Positions 25,961 to 39,216 of a stretch of 64,000 nucleotides of DNA are shown here, piece by piece. Source of the stretch: Octopus vulgaris (taxonomy: Eukaryota); NCBI GenBank assembly GCA_951406725.2, contig OX597819.1, positions 35,030,001 to 35,094,000 on the forward strand. The letters run 5' to 3'. A model generated the notes under the pieces. That model did not search any database and was not told the DNA's origin. It worked only from the letters and a program-made list of their open reading frames with translations. The translations under genes and the position numbers were made by a program. The number at the start of each line of letters is the position of its first letter. The first letter of the stretch is position 1.

Positions 25961-26289
25961 TACACAAAGAAAATGACAACACAATCACGAATGATAGAGC
26001 AATTTGGGGTCGATTAAAAATTTAACATGATTATATATAAACGAATGATTAGACAACACAAGGGACGTTTTTTTACAAATGGAGTGGGGCGGGTTTTTTC
26101 GGAACCCCATGAACCCCCGCCTCATCACTGACCTCGGTTTTTTAGCTTATCTCATGGAGATTTCCTCATTGCCAGTCCTTCATTCTCCCACAGCATCACA
26201 TTTCAGGCACCTGCATCTTGCTGTCCCTAATATAGCAAAAAATATTTTTTAACTCTTTTGATACCAACAGGCCTGAGTCAGTTCCTAAT

Positions 26290-26915
26290 TCATCATCATC
26301 ATCGTTTAGCGTCCGCTTTCCATGCTAGCATGGGTTGGACAGTTCAGCAGGGGTCTGGGAAGCCAGAAGGCTGCACCAGGCCCAGTCTGATTTGGCAATG
26401 TTTCTACGGCTGGATGCCCTTCCTAACGCCAACCACTCTGAGAGTGTAGTGGGTGCTTTCTACGTGCCAGACGAGGCTAGCAAACGACCACGATCGGATG
26501 GTGCTTTTTACATGCCACCGACACTGGTATCACAGCTACAATTTCCATTGATGGTGATCGATTTTGATTTTGATTTTCACTTGCCTCAACAGGTCTTTGC
26601 AAGCAGAGTTTTGTGTCCCAAGAAGGAAAGGTATGCATAAGTGAACTAGCTACATCCCAGGTAGAGGCCACGGGTTATGGTCTCACTTGTCCTGCCAGGG
26701 TCTTCTCATGCACAGCATACTTCCAATGGTCTCAGTCTCTACTCATTTCCTCGGTGAGACCTAAAGTTCGTAGGTCGTGCTTCACCACCTCGTCCCAGGT
26801 TTTCCTGGGTCTACCTCTTCGACAGGTTCCCTCAACCGCTAGGGTGTAGCACTTTTTCACACAACTATCTTCATCCATTCTCGCCACATGACCATACCAG
26901 CGCAAACATCTCTCT
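26290..26915 (-). mobile_element. RTE-clade LINE 3' end (family B)
   Basis: LRWYGHVARMDEDSCVKK...GRPRKTWDEVV on -, followed by 3' UTR and (GAT)n tail. Confidence 0.88.
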
Positions 26916-27583
26916 ATACATGTTTGTAGTATAATTCTATACTACAAACATGTTTTAAACTGATCAATATTAAAACTTTCCTTCAAAATTTCATGTTAAT
27001 TTATGTTTCAAACACCAGCTTAAAAATATCATCATTATTTTGATAGATTCATTATTTTTACAATTAACTGATAATCACAAAAAGGTTAACTATTTTCAAT
27101 TATTTGATGCTCTACTAATTCTACTTTGAATAAGAATTAGGTCCCCCAGTGTTCACAAAATCTGCAACTACCTTTTAACCCAGTTGCTCATTCAAACATG
27201 TTGATTTATGAAATGTTTTTGTATCCTGTTGCAAGAGCTCTCCAATTCATTTCTCACTTCCCCAATGGAGATTATCAATTTAGGAGAAAAAGTGAGAATT
27301 ACAAATGTACATTTGATGCTTCAAGGTTACTGTATGTAGTTGTCAACTTGCAGCAATTTAAGAGGGTCATTATGTCAACCTCCCTGGCTTTGACGGGTTC
27401 TCTAAAGGCCACAGATATAGCTTTTTCCTCCAGATCAAACCATTAAAATTATAATTAATTTTGTTTTATTATCTGTAAAAGCATTTTTTATGATGTACTG
27501 TTTAAATGAATGTTTTGGAATGGAGCTATGTAATTTAACTAAATTTCTAACAATTTTTTTTTGTTTTTGTTTTTTTATCCTAG

Positions 27584-27692
27584 GAGAAAGAAACCCCTAC
27601 AAAAGAAGAATATGCTGTTGCCAGATATCTTCGTTTTAATAACCCGGTGAAAGAAGGTCGTTTGGCTGGCATAACAGTGACATGTTTTATTG
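27584..27692 (+). CDS. SEC62: SEC62 exon 2 (EKETPTKEEYAVARYLRFNNPVKEGRLAGITVTCFI)
   Basis: Poly-T/cctag acceptor, G|gtgagc donor, 109 nt; AVARYLRFN matches the Sec62 AVAKYLRFN motif. Confidence 0.95.
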
Positions 27693-27865
27693 GTGAGCAA
27701 TATGATTTTTGAAATAAGTTAAAATGTGTTGAGAAAAATATGATTATGCTTATGTAATTAGTAAAGTATATTTCTAAACTTTGCTTAATTCTAAAATTAC
27801 CACTGTGATTAAACAACTAATTTATTTAATAGATTTAAGAGGAATCTTTTTTTCTTCTTTTTTAG

Positions 27866-27971
27866 GGTGCAAAGCTGTTGATGCTTTAATGCAGTCTAAA
27901 TGGTCTGCTTCAGAAAATAAGACCACTTCTTTGTTTACCACCAGACAGTCATGTACCAACTATCTTGGCAG
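27866..27971 (+). CDS. SEC62: SEC62 exon 3 (GCKAVDALMQSKWSASENKTTSLFTTRQSCTNYLGR)
   Basis: tttag acceptor, AG|gtaaga donor, 106 nt, phase 1 to 2; KAVDxLxxSKW and LFTTR are Sec62 motifs. Confidence 0.95.
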
Positions 27972-28172
27972 GTAAGAAGTTTAATTAATTTTTTTTGAGT
28001 AATGAGAATTGCTTTATTTAGTTAAATATTTTATACAGCAAACATTCAAAGGCTTCATTCATTTCATCATTAATTTGTTTTTTGTATTCTTTATGACAAG
28101 CATAAAACCTAACTAAGATGTTAATTTCTTGGTTTTAACAAAAACTTTAAATATATTTGTTTCTTTAGTTGA

Positions 28173-28660
28173 CCATCATCATCATCATTTAACGTCCATT
28201 TTCCATGCTAGCATGGGTTGGACGATTTTGACTGAGGGCTGCACCAGGTTCCAGTCTTTATCTGGCAGAGTTTCTACAGCTGGATGCCCTTCCTAATGTC
28301 AACCACTCCGAGAGTGTAGTGGGTGCTTTTTATGTGCCACCTGCACAGGGGCCAGTCAGGTGGTACTGGCAATGACCTCGCTCGAATCTTTTTACACGTG
28401 CCAGTGAAGCAACGTTGGTAACGATCACACTCAAATGGTGCCCTTTTACGTGCCACAGGTACGGAAGCCAGTTGGCTGCTCTGGCAACGATCACACTTGG
28501 ATGGTGTTCTTGGCACCCTACTAACACAGGCATAAGTACCAGTGAGGCGATGCTGGTAACGATCATACTCAAATAGCCGCTCTGTCAACGATCACACTCG
28601 TATGGTGCTCTTGGCACCTCGCTAGCACGGATGCCAGTCATCGAAATGATTTTGATTTTG
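28173..28660 (-). mobile_element. Family B 3' UTR copy
   Basis: Reverse complement of the 16130-type repeat. Confidence 0.82.
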
Positions 28661-30856
28661 ACCAGTAAAAGAAATTGAAAATTTCATCTTAGCACAGTCA
28701 TTGTCATATTAATCTCTCATTTTATTTTAGTAAAAGACAATACAAGAGGATCAGTTAATTAAGATTTTATGCAGCATATTCCCTTCTCAGATTTGCACAC
28801 TTATTGCAGTGAACCTTTAGTTTTTCTAAGCCTTGTAAAAGAACTCAGAAGGCTGGGCCTCCAACCAGGCCTTTTGTGATACCCTTTAGACCAGGAACTT
28901 TTGAACACCATGTGTATTTAAATATTTTCAGTTATACATCTTTGATACCCATTTTCCATGCTGGTGTGGGTTAGATAAGTCTACAATAAAACATCTCTCT
29001 ATACTTCACATTCTTTTCTCTATTCTTGCTCTAACCTAATAATTTTCTTTTAGTTTATTTCTACCAGAACGCTTTCTACTGATTAGGGTATTTATCCCCC
29101 AAACATATGCTCATGAGTTTGATTCCCAACTGCACATTGTGTCCTTGAGCAAACCACTTTGTTTCACATTGCTCTAGTCCACTCAGCTGGCAAAAATGAG
29201 TTATGGCTGTAATTCAAAGGGCCAGCCGTATCACTGCATTAAGGACACAAGTGTCTGTGGAGAGCTCAGCCACTTGCACATTAATTTTTATGAGCAGGCT
29301 GTTCCATTAATTGGCTCAACTTGAACTGATGGAGTACCAGTTTTATTCATCATTTACGTGCATATATTCTTCAACAGACAATAGTGAGAATTAGGTCCTC
29401 AGGAGTCAAACTTCTCATGATTGTCTATTCTAGAATTCTTTCATGATTGTTTCAAAATTTGTTTGAAAGCATAACTATGATGAAAACATACTTAGGCAGG
29501 GAATTTTTTTTCTTTCTTTTACTTTGTCTGGAGGAAGAGGCTGAAGCCCATGGTCTTCACAGACTAGTATTCTATTCGCCCACATTCCAATTTTGAACGT
29601 TGCAAGCTGACATGTGCAGGAAAAAAATTGCAATGGATTGGTGGGTGGGACTAGCACCTAACAAGAAGAGAGATCAGTAAGTTGGGATTGCTTGAGCTGA
29701 GATGGTGCAACACTAGCCAACTTCAAGAAGCATAAGCCGCTGTGGGTAGCAGTATAAAATTTAGAGAGAGGTAACAGCAATCAGAGCCACAAGTTGATGC
29801 ATGTTAATGAGTGATTTCATGTTAATCAGTCAAGTGGTCTCTTGTTGGCTATTGTCTAAGATGTCAGTATTTATAGCAGCAGCAGCAGCAGTACTTTCCC
29901 TGATGAAGGCACAGTTACCCATTGTGAGTCTCATTTGAACTTGGTTGAGGGTTGTTGGGGATGAAATATTTTTGTACACTGCAGAGGAAGGCTATTTCTT
30001 TTTTTTTATGATGCAGCATTTCCTATGTCAAGGATGTTTTTCAGCCACAGGAAATCATTAGTGATGAGGACACTTAGCATTTGAAGCTATCACGACAGTT
30101 TCAGGCTGTATGCAGTTGAAGTTTAAAGAGGAGCAACGTGTGCAGAAACTGTGTGGTGAACCTAGCAGAGTGAAAAGAGTGTTTGAGATTTGCTTAGTGT
30201 GTAGAGTTGGATGCAAAGTGGACAGCAAATGTTGAGTTTTCTCTGCATAAGTACTGATTGCAGAATCCTCATGCTCAAAAAGTGGAGGAAAAGTTGTCAG
30301 GGATCCTTTGGCAAGAGATTTTTAAAAATTGCTGCAGTTTAGGATCCATGAGAATTTAGGGGCTGTGTGATGTACAAAGGTAGCTTTTGCAGTTTGGATG
30401 ATGGCTTTGTGGAAGCTGTGTTACTGGGTAAGAGCTCTTCAATTTGTAAAGGTAGGTGATTGTTGCCAGTATTTGTTTGGTTGAACTGTTATGGTTAGTC
30501 TGTCAGCCAATCACCTGGAGAACTTGTGACTGAGTTTCGTTTGTGTGTGGTTTGTGAGAGACCTGCTTAAGAGGTTGGTTTCATTCACTCATTACTGATA
30601 GATCAGTGGTGAAGTGCAAGTGCTGCAAGAGGGGGAACTCCAACCAGTTGTGAGAGTTGAAATCACTGAGGATAGTGACTTCAGAGGTGAAGTAAGATGG
30701 ATGCCCTCAACACAAAAAGATACAGTTGAAAAGATGTTGGTTGGAAGAGTTGTATTTAGGGTGGGTAGGTGAGTGAGGAAGCTTTGAGTTAGAGTAACTG
30801 GAACTTTTAGTTGTTGATATCTGGATGAGAGCTATCAATTTCAAGGAGAGTGGAAT

Positions 30857-31500
30857 CTACAGTGATTGGGCTAAATTTGACAGTTTGTTTCAAAGAAAAT
30901 GAAAACACAATAGTCCATCCAAAAATAAAATTATTAAAAAAAAAACATCAAAAAATAGCTAGATTATGGCTGGGAGATAACTTTGAGTTTACTCAAAGTA
31001 GCCATGCTCAGTTTCCACCATGGCCTCAAAGTGGCTCCAAAACCTGGTGCACAAGTTCTTCAGTGTCCCTAGGAAGATCTTTTAACATCTTCTTGATCTT
31101 GGCCACTAACTTTGCATTAGTGTGGCAGGTAGAGTGGTTGGTGTCTTTCTCAACCACACCACAGACATGGTAATCCATGGGATTACAATCAGGGGCATTA
31201 AGAGGCCAAATATTGGAGCTGGTGAAGTCATAGAAATTCCCCAACAACCACTTCTAACTCCAGGTGTATGATGAGCCAAATTCTGCTACCTCACCTATGG
31301 TTTAACCATAGTCTCCAGCAGCTTCACGTAGCCATCTGAGTTGAGCCTAAGGCCCTGATCAAAGATGTGGTGTGGGGCATGGCATCACCCTCATGTGAGA
31401 CACACCCAAAGACCATCACCTTCCTGCTTTGTAGTCTCCAAGTACAATGTTAGTCTTTATGCTCTCCAAAACCATTGACTGTTCACCAATACATGAAGCT
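30857..31500 (-). mobile_element. Tc1/mariner-superfamily transposase remnant
   Basis: WPLNAPDCNPMDYHVCG resembles WPPxSPDLNPxDYxVW. Confidence 0.75.
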
Positions 31501-32601
31501 GTTCCTGAAAAAAAGGAGACAAAAACAGCCGGTACGTATGTAGGGACATTGTCACTTTTCTCTACTATTTGAGTAAAGAGTGCAACCTGGACAGCAGAGA
31601 TGCACTATAGATAAAGATTGAGGGATTTATCTCATATTAGTAGGGAGCAATCTCTGGGGTTACGGTTGGGTCAAAATCTATGGATATTTAAGGGAAAATT
31701 GTTCAGCAATTTTAGTTTTTGTCATCTAAGGAAAGGTAGAGAATGTTGATATTCCACATGGTCATAATAACCCCTTGGTTGGGGGAGCCTGGTCAAAACG
31801 CTTGTGACAGTGAACTGTGCTAAAGCTATACACATGTCAAAAGTCAATGTTGAACTGGGCAGTGATATGTGTTTACCACACAAAAAGATGGGATTTGAGG
31901 TTCTATGTCACATGTAACCAAATTAGACAAATGACGATCCATAGTCAGTGTGTGTGTATATATATATCCTGTGTGGCACCATGTAAAAGTGCCTGTGTGG
32001 TGTCACATAAAAGCACCTGTATGGGGCCATGTGAAAACACCCAGCACACTCTGTAAAGTGGTTGGTGTTAGGAAGGGCACCCAGCCGTAGAAACCATACC
32101 ATATCAGACTGGAGTCTTGTACAGTTCCCTAAGCTTACCAGCTCTGTTCACACTGTCCAACCCATGCCAGCATGGACGATGGACAATAAATGGTGATGAT
32201 GATAATGATATATACACTTACGTCTTACTTTTTACATTTCCAAACCAAAACAGGAAATATACAAGTGAGGCATTGTCCCGATTCTTGTAGGAAGGCAATT
32301 AATGAGAGTTGATTCACTGTGACAACCTGTCTGACCCGTACCAGCATGAAATGAATGTTGATAATATAGGTTATTGCTCTACAAAAGTATAAATATATTC
32401 TACTCCAACTTTCATAATAGAACACTTAATTATATTATGGTTAATTACAATCAGTTTCCTTAGTTGACACCTAAGGAAAATTAAGACATTCTAGGGTTGA
32501 TTGTATATGAGAATTCAAACTAATGAGTATATAAATGCAACTATTTCAAACTATTTAAATTTTTGTTTACTAAATAGCTTACACTTTGATTACAATTTCA
32601 G

Positions 32602-32728
32602 ATTACTAACAAAAGGCCTCTTTCACCGGGCCATTCGGATAGAAAAGAAAAAATCAGATCGTACAAAAACAAAGAAGAAATCTATCAAGGCTGGAAGTGA
32701 AGAAGAGACCAATCTAGAAGAAGATAAA
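32602..32728 (+). CDS. SEC62: SEC62 exon 4 (LLTKGLFHRAIRIEKKKSDRTKTKKKSIKAGSEEETNLEEDK)
   Basis: tttcag acceptor in phase 2; FHRA motif; weak AAA|gtttgt donor in phase 0, so the 3' boundary is less certain. Confidence 0.85.
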
Positions 32729-32810
32729 GTTTGTGCTATAATAATAGAAATTAACTTATGTGTAATCGAAATATGTAATCGTTACTAAAGATACTGGCGA
32801 TTTTCTCTTT

Positions 32811-32845
<35 letters not shown>

Positions 32846-33986
32846 TACTAGTACAAATAATTCTTGTAGTTTACAATATTTGGCAATTAAGCACAGTTTT
32901 AATCCATAATGGTTATAATTGTATTTTTAAATTTGACTAGTTGTCTACGACTGAAGATAATTTTCATTGTACATTGATGTGTGTGTGTGTGTGTGTATAA
33001 ATATATAAACGTATATATATATATATATATATATATATTTCTTGCTTATAAAACAAGAAACATCTACATTTTACTGAGTAACTATTTCCATTTATATCTA
33101 CATTCTTTCTCTGTTGTATTTCATAAATTGTTGTAAATGAATAGAACATTGCACAAGTTGCTTATTGTAATTTTTTTTTTTTACATATTCTTCAGTAAAA
33201 ATTGAGCAGTTTGCCTTAGTGTACTATACATGATATATATGGTCTATGTGAAGGCACATGGTTTAGTGGCTAGGGGTATTCTGCTCACAATTGTAAGGCC
33301 ATTTGTTCAGTCACTAGCCCCATGTCGTGTCCTTGAGCAAGACACTTTATTTCATGTTGCTTCAGTTCACTCAGCTAGTAAAAGTGAGTAGTACCTGTAT
33401 TTCAAAGGGCCAGCCTTGGCACATTTTGTATCCTGCTGAATCTCCCTGAGAACTACATTAAGTGTATGCATGTCAGCCACTTGCACATTAATTTTTGTGC
33501 AGGCTCAAACCGGAACCCTTGTTGTTGTAATTAATGGAGTGCCACATATATGGTCTATGTACTTTATTTCTCATTACATTGAAATACAGATTGCTTTTAA
33601 CATCTAAATACAAAAAGAAAAAGAAAAGCTTATAAATGTACAAGTCAGTTGAGGATTGCTCACTCTTTCCCTGTGTACTGTGTAGCAGCAAAACTTTTGC
33701 AAGTTTATATTCTCATCAATGAATGACTATTTTATGTACTCTATAGTATGTATCTTTCATTATGGAAAGAGGAGAGGTGGTGTGCATAACTCTTCATTAA
33801 TTCTCAGACTGGACACCAGAATTGCTATTTTACATGCATTGAAAATATTCCTATAGCAAAATGACTTGTCATCGACTGATTCGTGTAACAGTAATTAGTT
33901 AATTATTTATTGCAAATTGTTCTAATAACTAAAGTGGGAATTTTAAAAAAAATTATGTTTCTGTATTCATTTTGTAATTTATCAAG

Positions 33987-34109
33987 GAGAAACGGAGTAA
34001 AAAGGACAAGAAAAGCAAGAAAGAAAAAGAAAAAGAGAAAGAAAGTGACCGTGAAGGTGAAAAAACAGATGACACTGAAAAGAAAAAAGAAGAAAAGGAA
34101 GAAAAGAAG
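33987..34109 (+). CDS. SEC62: SEC62 exon 5, Lys/Glu-rich (EKRSKKDKKSKKEKEKEKESDREGEKTDDTEKKKEEKEEKK)
   Basis: atcaag acceptor, AAG|gttgat donor, 123 nt, phase 0-0; fits the charged cytosolic region of Sec62. Confidence 0.8.
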
Positions 34110-35817
34110 GTTGATATTTTTATCTCTTAATTTGAAAAATAAGCAAAATTTACATTCAAATATAACCTCACCATAATGCACTATAGTAGATTGTGTCTAT
34201 TGACAAGGTATTATTGCTGTGTGTGCATGAATTTACCTGTTGAATTAATCCTTTTCTAACATAACTTGTAAAATAGCTGACCGGAAAATATGATAATTTG
34301 TCAGATTCAACCACCACCATTTTAGCATTCAATTTTCCATGCTTGCAGGAGTCAGACTGAGTTTATTGAGGCAGATTTTCTACAGTGAGTAAAGCACATT
34401 TAAGGTTAGTGTTAATTAAATAGGTACAGGTGTGGTTATGTGGTTAAGAATTTTCATTTCAACCATATAATTTTGCGTTCATTCCCACTGCATAGCACTT
34501 TAGACGAGTGTCTTTTGCTATAGAATCAGGCCAACCAAAACTTTGTAAATGGATTTGGTAGGTGAAAACTGGAAGAAGCCTGTCGTATACATGTATGTAT
34601 GTATGAATCACATGATAGTTTTAAGTGTCACTGTCATGCAAGCAGTATCATTCATTTCTAATATTCTGTGAAAACATGTCTGGCTATGGGGAATTATTAC
34701 ATTACCTTGCAAAAAAAGGTAAAGGGAGACAACAAGAGGGTCATCTGGCTACAGAAAACTTGCCTCAGTAAATTCCATTCCACCCATAGAAAAGTGGAAA
34801 TGGAAATGATAACAAAAGATATTATAAGCATCTTAAAAAACTTAGCTTAAAAATCAATTTAAAAGATATCAAAGTTTTTCATCATCACTAGTACCAGAAA
34901 AAATTCTCCTATTCCTACTGTGCTAACTTCTCACCTGCATTCCTTGATGCTCATTCTTGTTTCATTATCTGTTATATGTCATCTCAATCATGTTCAGTCC
35001 CATTTATGCTTATCTGAGTTTCCTGTCTTCAAGAAACTCAATGTCACTTTTCTGCAATCAGTTAGAATGTCTTCCACAATAAGATGCCAGCTTAGTTTCT
35101 TGAAGCTGCCACATTTGATCAATTCCTTCTGATCTGAAGACATTCTGGTCAACCATAGAAGATATATCTTTTCCTTCAATGTCTTTCTCAGTATTACATT
35201 CAGTGATTGTAAAAAAAATATGAGGTTAGCTACTAGTTTTCCCCACATCTGTTTCTTTCAAAGTTTACTATGACCTACCCTCATCACCATTTCTCTCAGT
35301 TGACCAACCTACACTCGTACACTTCATAGTATCAACCTGACTACTAATCTCTTCTCTACCTTTCATCCTTTTGGGGTCGATAGATTAAGTACCAGTTGAG
35401 TACTGGGATCAATGTAATCAACTTACCCCCTCCCCAAAAATTTCAGGCCTTGTGCCTCAAGCAGAAAGAAAGTATTATTGTGCCTACATGCAATATGTAC
35501 ATATGTTATTCGGTATTTATAAAACAGCTAGTTGGGACAAGGAAGAAACTTTTTAGCTCATCTATGAGTCACACATTTGTTTTTCATAACTGAAATTTGT
35601 GTTTTATTATTGAAATTGTGTGTAGAAGGAGCCTTATACAGAAGTAAATATCATCAAATATGATGGTTTGAATTATCCAAGAACATGATATGTATGAGAA
35701 AAAATTTTTTTATTACTGTCTACATAAAATAGAGAAAAAGAGTTAATCTATTCACCTTGGTCTTATATACTGAAATAATCTATAATTTTCCTTTTAATTT
35801 TCTTTTTTTTTTTCCAG

Positions 35818-35895
35818 GAAGAAGAAAAGAAAAAGAAAGAGAAAAAGCTAAAACTTGGTATGCCAGATGACCAAAGATTCATTGATGGAGATGAG
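35818..35895 (+). CDS. SEC62: SEC62 exon 6 (EEEKKKKEKKLKLGMPDDQRFIDGDE)
   Basis: Long polypyrimidine tract and ccag acceptor, GAG|gtattc donor, 78 nt; DDQxFxDG motif. Confidence 0.95.
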
Positions 35896-37483
35896 GTATT
35901 CATTGTTGTTCCTCTATTGGTTTTATTGAATCTGCTGAGCATTTTGTTACATTTTCTATCATTCTAATACTGCTGAGTTAGTGTAAAATGCAGTCTGTGA
36001 ATGGCAATATTTGAAGTGTTGGAAATGAAGGAACTAGATCTGTAAAAGTGCTAAATTGTCAGATTTATGGTTTAAGACTATTTCTAATTAATCGTTCTGT
36101 GAATGTTTTTAACTGATTAAATAAAAATAACAACAAATATTTAGCAATTAAAAATATTTGTTTACTGGGATAGGAACTGCATTTAAGTTTGTACTGATCA
36201 TAAATGTTATAACACACTGTAATTTGTCACATCAATGGTAGTATTTAATCTATAATTAAGCTTTTGAACTGTATTGTAATATGAAGATGTGATTGCCAGA
36301 TTTATTTATTACAAAAAACCTATAGCTTTGAAATACTTTATGTATCAATTATATCATAAATCAGATTCTGTTAAAAAAAAAAAGAAAAGAGAAATTAAAT
36401 ATAAATGGAGAACTGGTAACAACTTGATGCTGACATTTTAATTTCATTTGATGTATATATATGTAATTTTAGCAAATCACAGACTAATAGTTTATGATCC
36501 ATTTTTTTTGGCCATTTAATTTCTCACTTAGCCATCACTGGCAGCTATGAATAAGTTATTTCATTTTAGTTTATTCACTACACTTAGCTCTTATTAAATA
36601 GTGAATTGCTACTGACTTAGCCTCTACAAATTTCAAAGCATGTTATGTGTCTATCTTTGGCTGTAGTCAATTATGCTTGTGAACATTTTGAAATTAGGAA
36701 AATATGTCTAAACATTTCTACAAACATTATTCATTTGACTTTTAGCATTCTTTTCTGTAACAACACACCATAGCTAATTGACTTATGTGTGTATGTTCTT
36801 ACAAGCACTTACATGTAAACTCTGCCTTGCATGATATGTAAATTAACCTGTTATATAGTGAAACTGACCAGATCTCACCTTTCATCTCAGCCCAACCATG
36901 TCATTCTAAAACTAAAAAAATCACATCACTGAAATCTCTAAACTACAAGATAATGCATGATTAATTCAAACCATTTTAAATAAACAAACATCACATTTGA
37001 CAGAATAATCTGAACACTAAAGGGTTAAGATATGTTTCAAACATGTGCTTACAAGCCATATGTGTAATTATACCAATAAGATCAGATGAGGTCTTGTTCT
37101 TTTTGATGGCAGGTAGGATATAAAGAGAAAATGTGTATGTCCATTTATTGTTATCTCTACAACTCTTAACCATGTGGTCAATAAAATAGAGAATATGCAA
37201 CCATGAGGGAAAAATAGAATCTTTAGCCATGTGAGAAGTGTGATGCTACATGGGGGGACACATTGAGTTATGAATCTGATTTTCTTATGAATCATGCTTT
37301 TGAAATAAGAGAAGCATGTAGCTAAGCAATTTGGGTTGTATGATATTATATGTCCAACAACCAGTTTATATTGATCAATATTGGCTTTTTAAGTTTTGAT
37401 ACAGTGAAATGAATGTTCCATAACTCTAAAATTTTATTCTGATAAAAATTTCTCTTTTTAAATTAAAACCTTTTTTTTTTAAG

Positions 37484-37544
37484 GTTTATGTTTGGATCTA
37501 TGATCCTGTTCCTGTAAAGACTTTCATTATTGGGCTTCTCATGG
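37484..37544 (+). CDS. SEC62: SEC62 exon 7 (VYVWIYDPVPVKTFIIGLLM)
   Basis: tttaag acceptor, G|gtaagt donor, 61 nt; YVWIYDP hallmark motif and start of TM1. Confidence 0.97.
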
Positions 37545-37825
37545 GTAAGTCTTGCTAACATTTATATTTGAGAAATAATTATTTGATGATTATGTTTAAG
37601 AAATACACAAATACTATGATTTATAGTATTTTGTAATCTTATAACATCAGTGTAATATGTGAATATAATCTCTCATGAAGAATATTGTTTTTCAAGTATT
37701 TAAATCTGTTACCTGTAAAGACGATAGCAATTATGTTCTTTCAAATAAATGCTCTAAATTGACTGACATTACATAAAATTTTTGCTTTTACAAATTTACA
37801 AAATATGTTTTCTCTTTCTTGACAG

Positions 37826-37945
37826 TTCTTGGTGCCATAGCATTGTGTCTGTTTCCTCTTTGGCCAGAGGAAGTGAGAATAGGTGTTTATTATTTAAGTT
37901 TGAGTGGTGCTGGATTCCTTGCATTCATTCTGGTCCTCTTTGTTG
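37826..37945 (+). CDS. SEC62: SEC62 exon 8 (VLGAIALCLFPLWPEEVRIGVYYLSLSGAGFLAFILVLFV)
   Basis: gacag acceptor, G|gtaagc donor, 120 nt; LFPLWP and GVYYLS motifs, transmembrane helices. Confidence 0.97.
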
Positions 37946-38773
37946 GTAAGCATATTTGTCTTTTGATTTTGTTGCAATTAAAATTGTTTATTTATATTTG
38001 TCTTCTTTTAAATCAAATTCGATGTCTGGCGTCCGTGCTAGCAGGGTGCAAAGAGCACCATACGAGCGTGATCTTTGACAGAGCGGCTAACTGGCTTCCA
38101 TGCCAATGGCACTTAAAGGGCACCATTCGAGTGTGATCGTTACGAACGTCGCCTTACTGGCACCTGTGCTGGTGGCATGTGTAAAAGGATTCGAGCGAGG
38201 TCATTGCCAGTACCGCCTGTATCATAAGTAAGTGAAATTATGCTGGGTGTGAATTTTACATGAGTAGAAACTTTTTTAACAAATTTTATCCTGCGTAATT
38301 TACATGAGTTATTATGGTATATATAAATTACATACCATTTCATGTTTTGAGCTTTTGGAATATTAACATAGCAGAAGTCAAAAGTGTTAATACCACTCCC
38401 ACTGATGAAGGGGGCTGGCCTGCAAGAGCCCTGTGTTACCTAAAAAAGTATTCGTGCTGGCACCACATACAAGCACTCCTGTTGGTGCCACATTAATAGC
38501 ACCCAGCACACACTGTAAAGTGGTTGCTATTAGGAAGGGAATCCAGCTGTAGAAACCAAGCCAAATCAAACTGGATCTTGGTGCAGCTCTCCAGTATTGG
38601 AAACCGATGTTAAATGTTGATGATGAATTCTAACTAATCACATGTGAGTAAATATATGTATGTAATCCAGTGTAAACTGACTGTATGTGTTGTATATTTT
38701 GTGGTATTGTTTGTTGCAAAACAATTAAAAACTTCCTTTAACTTGACTTAATTTTCTTTCTTATTCATTTCAG

Positions 38774-39216
38774 TTCGTTTAATACTGTTTTGTGCTATAT
38801 GGATGTGTACTCTAGGTAAACATCACTTCTGGTTTCTACCAAATCTCAACGAAGATGTTGGTTTCATTGATTCATTCCGGCCACTTTATAAACATGAAAC
38901 TTATGCACCCAAAAGTAAAGATTCTGACAAAAAAATAAAAGAAAATGATAAAGATGGTGTAAACAATGGCTCAGGTGATGCCACAGTCTCTACAACTGCA
39001 ACATCACCAGTGAATGAAACTCAGTCTGTCTCAACAGAAAAATCCTATGAAGAAAATAAGACTCCCAGTGAAGGAGGTACTGAGAGTGAAGCTAGTGATG
39101 ACCAGGAAGGTTTTGAATTAGTAGATAAAGAGGAGTTGAGTGATGAAGAAAACAAAGATAAAAGCGAGACAGAAAACATCACAGAGGTATCTGAAGAATC
39201 TAAGAAAGACAAGTAA
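38774..39216 (+). CDS. SEC62: SEC62 exon 9, terminal (VRLILFCAIWMCTLGKHHFWFLPNLNEDVGFIDSFRPLY...ESKKDK*)
   Basis: tttcag acceptor in phase 1; HHFWFLPNL.EDVGFIDSFRPLY motif; joined CDS is 1206 nt = 401 aa plus stop. Confidence 0.97.

Noticed and set aside
33910-34176. Arg/Lys-rich protamine-like ORF
   Set aside because: Off-frame reading of SEC62 exon 5; the antisense Phe-rich ORF is likewise an artefact.
38400-38440. CUGAUGA followed by a stem in SEC62 intron 8
   Set aside because: GAAA core is absent.
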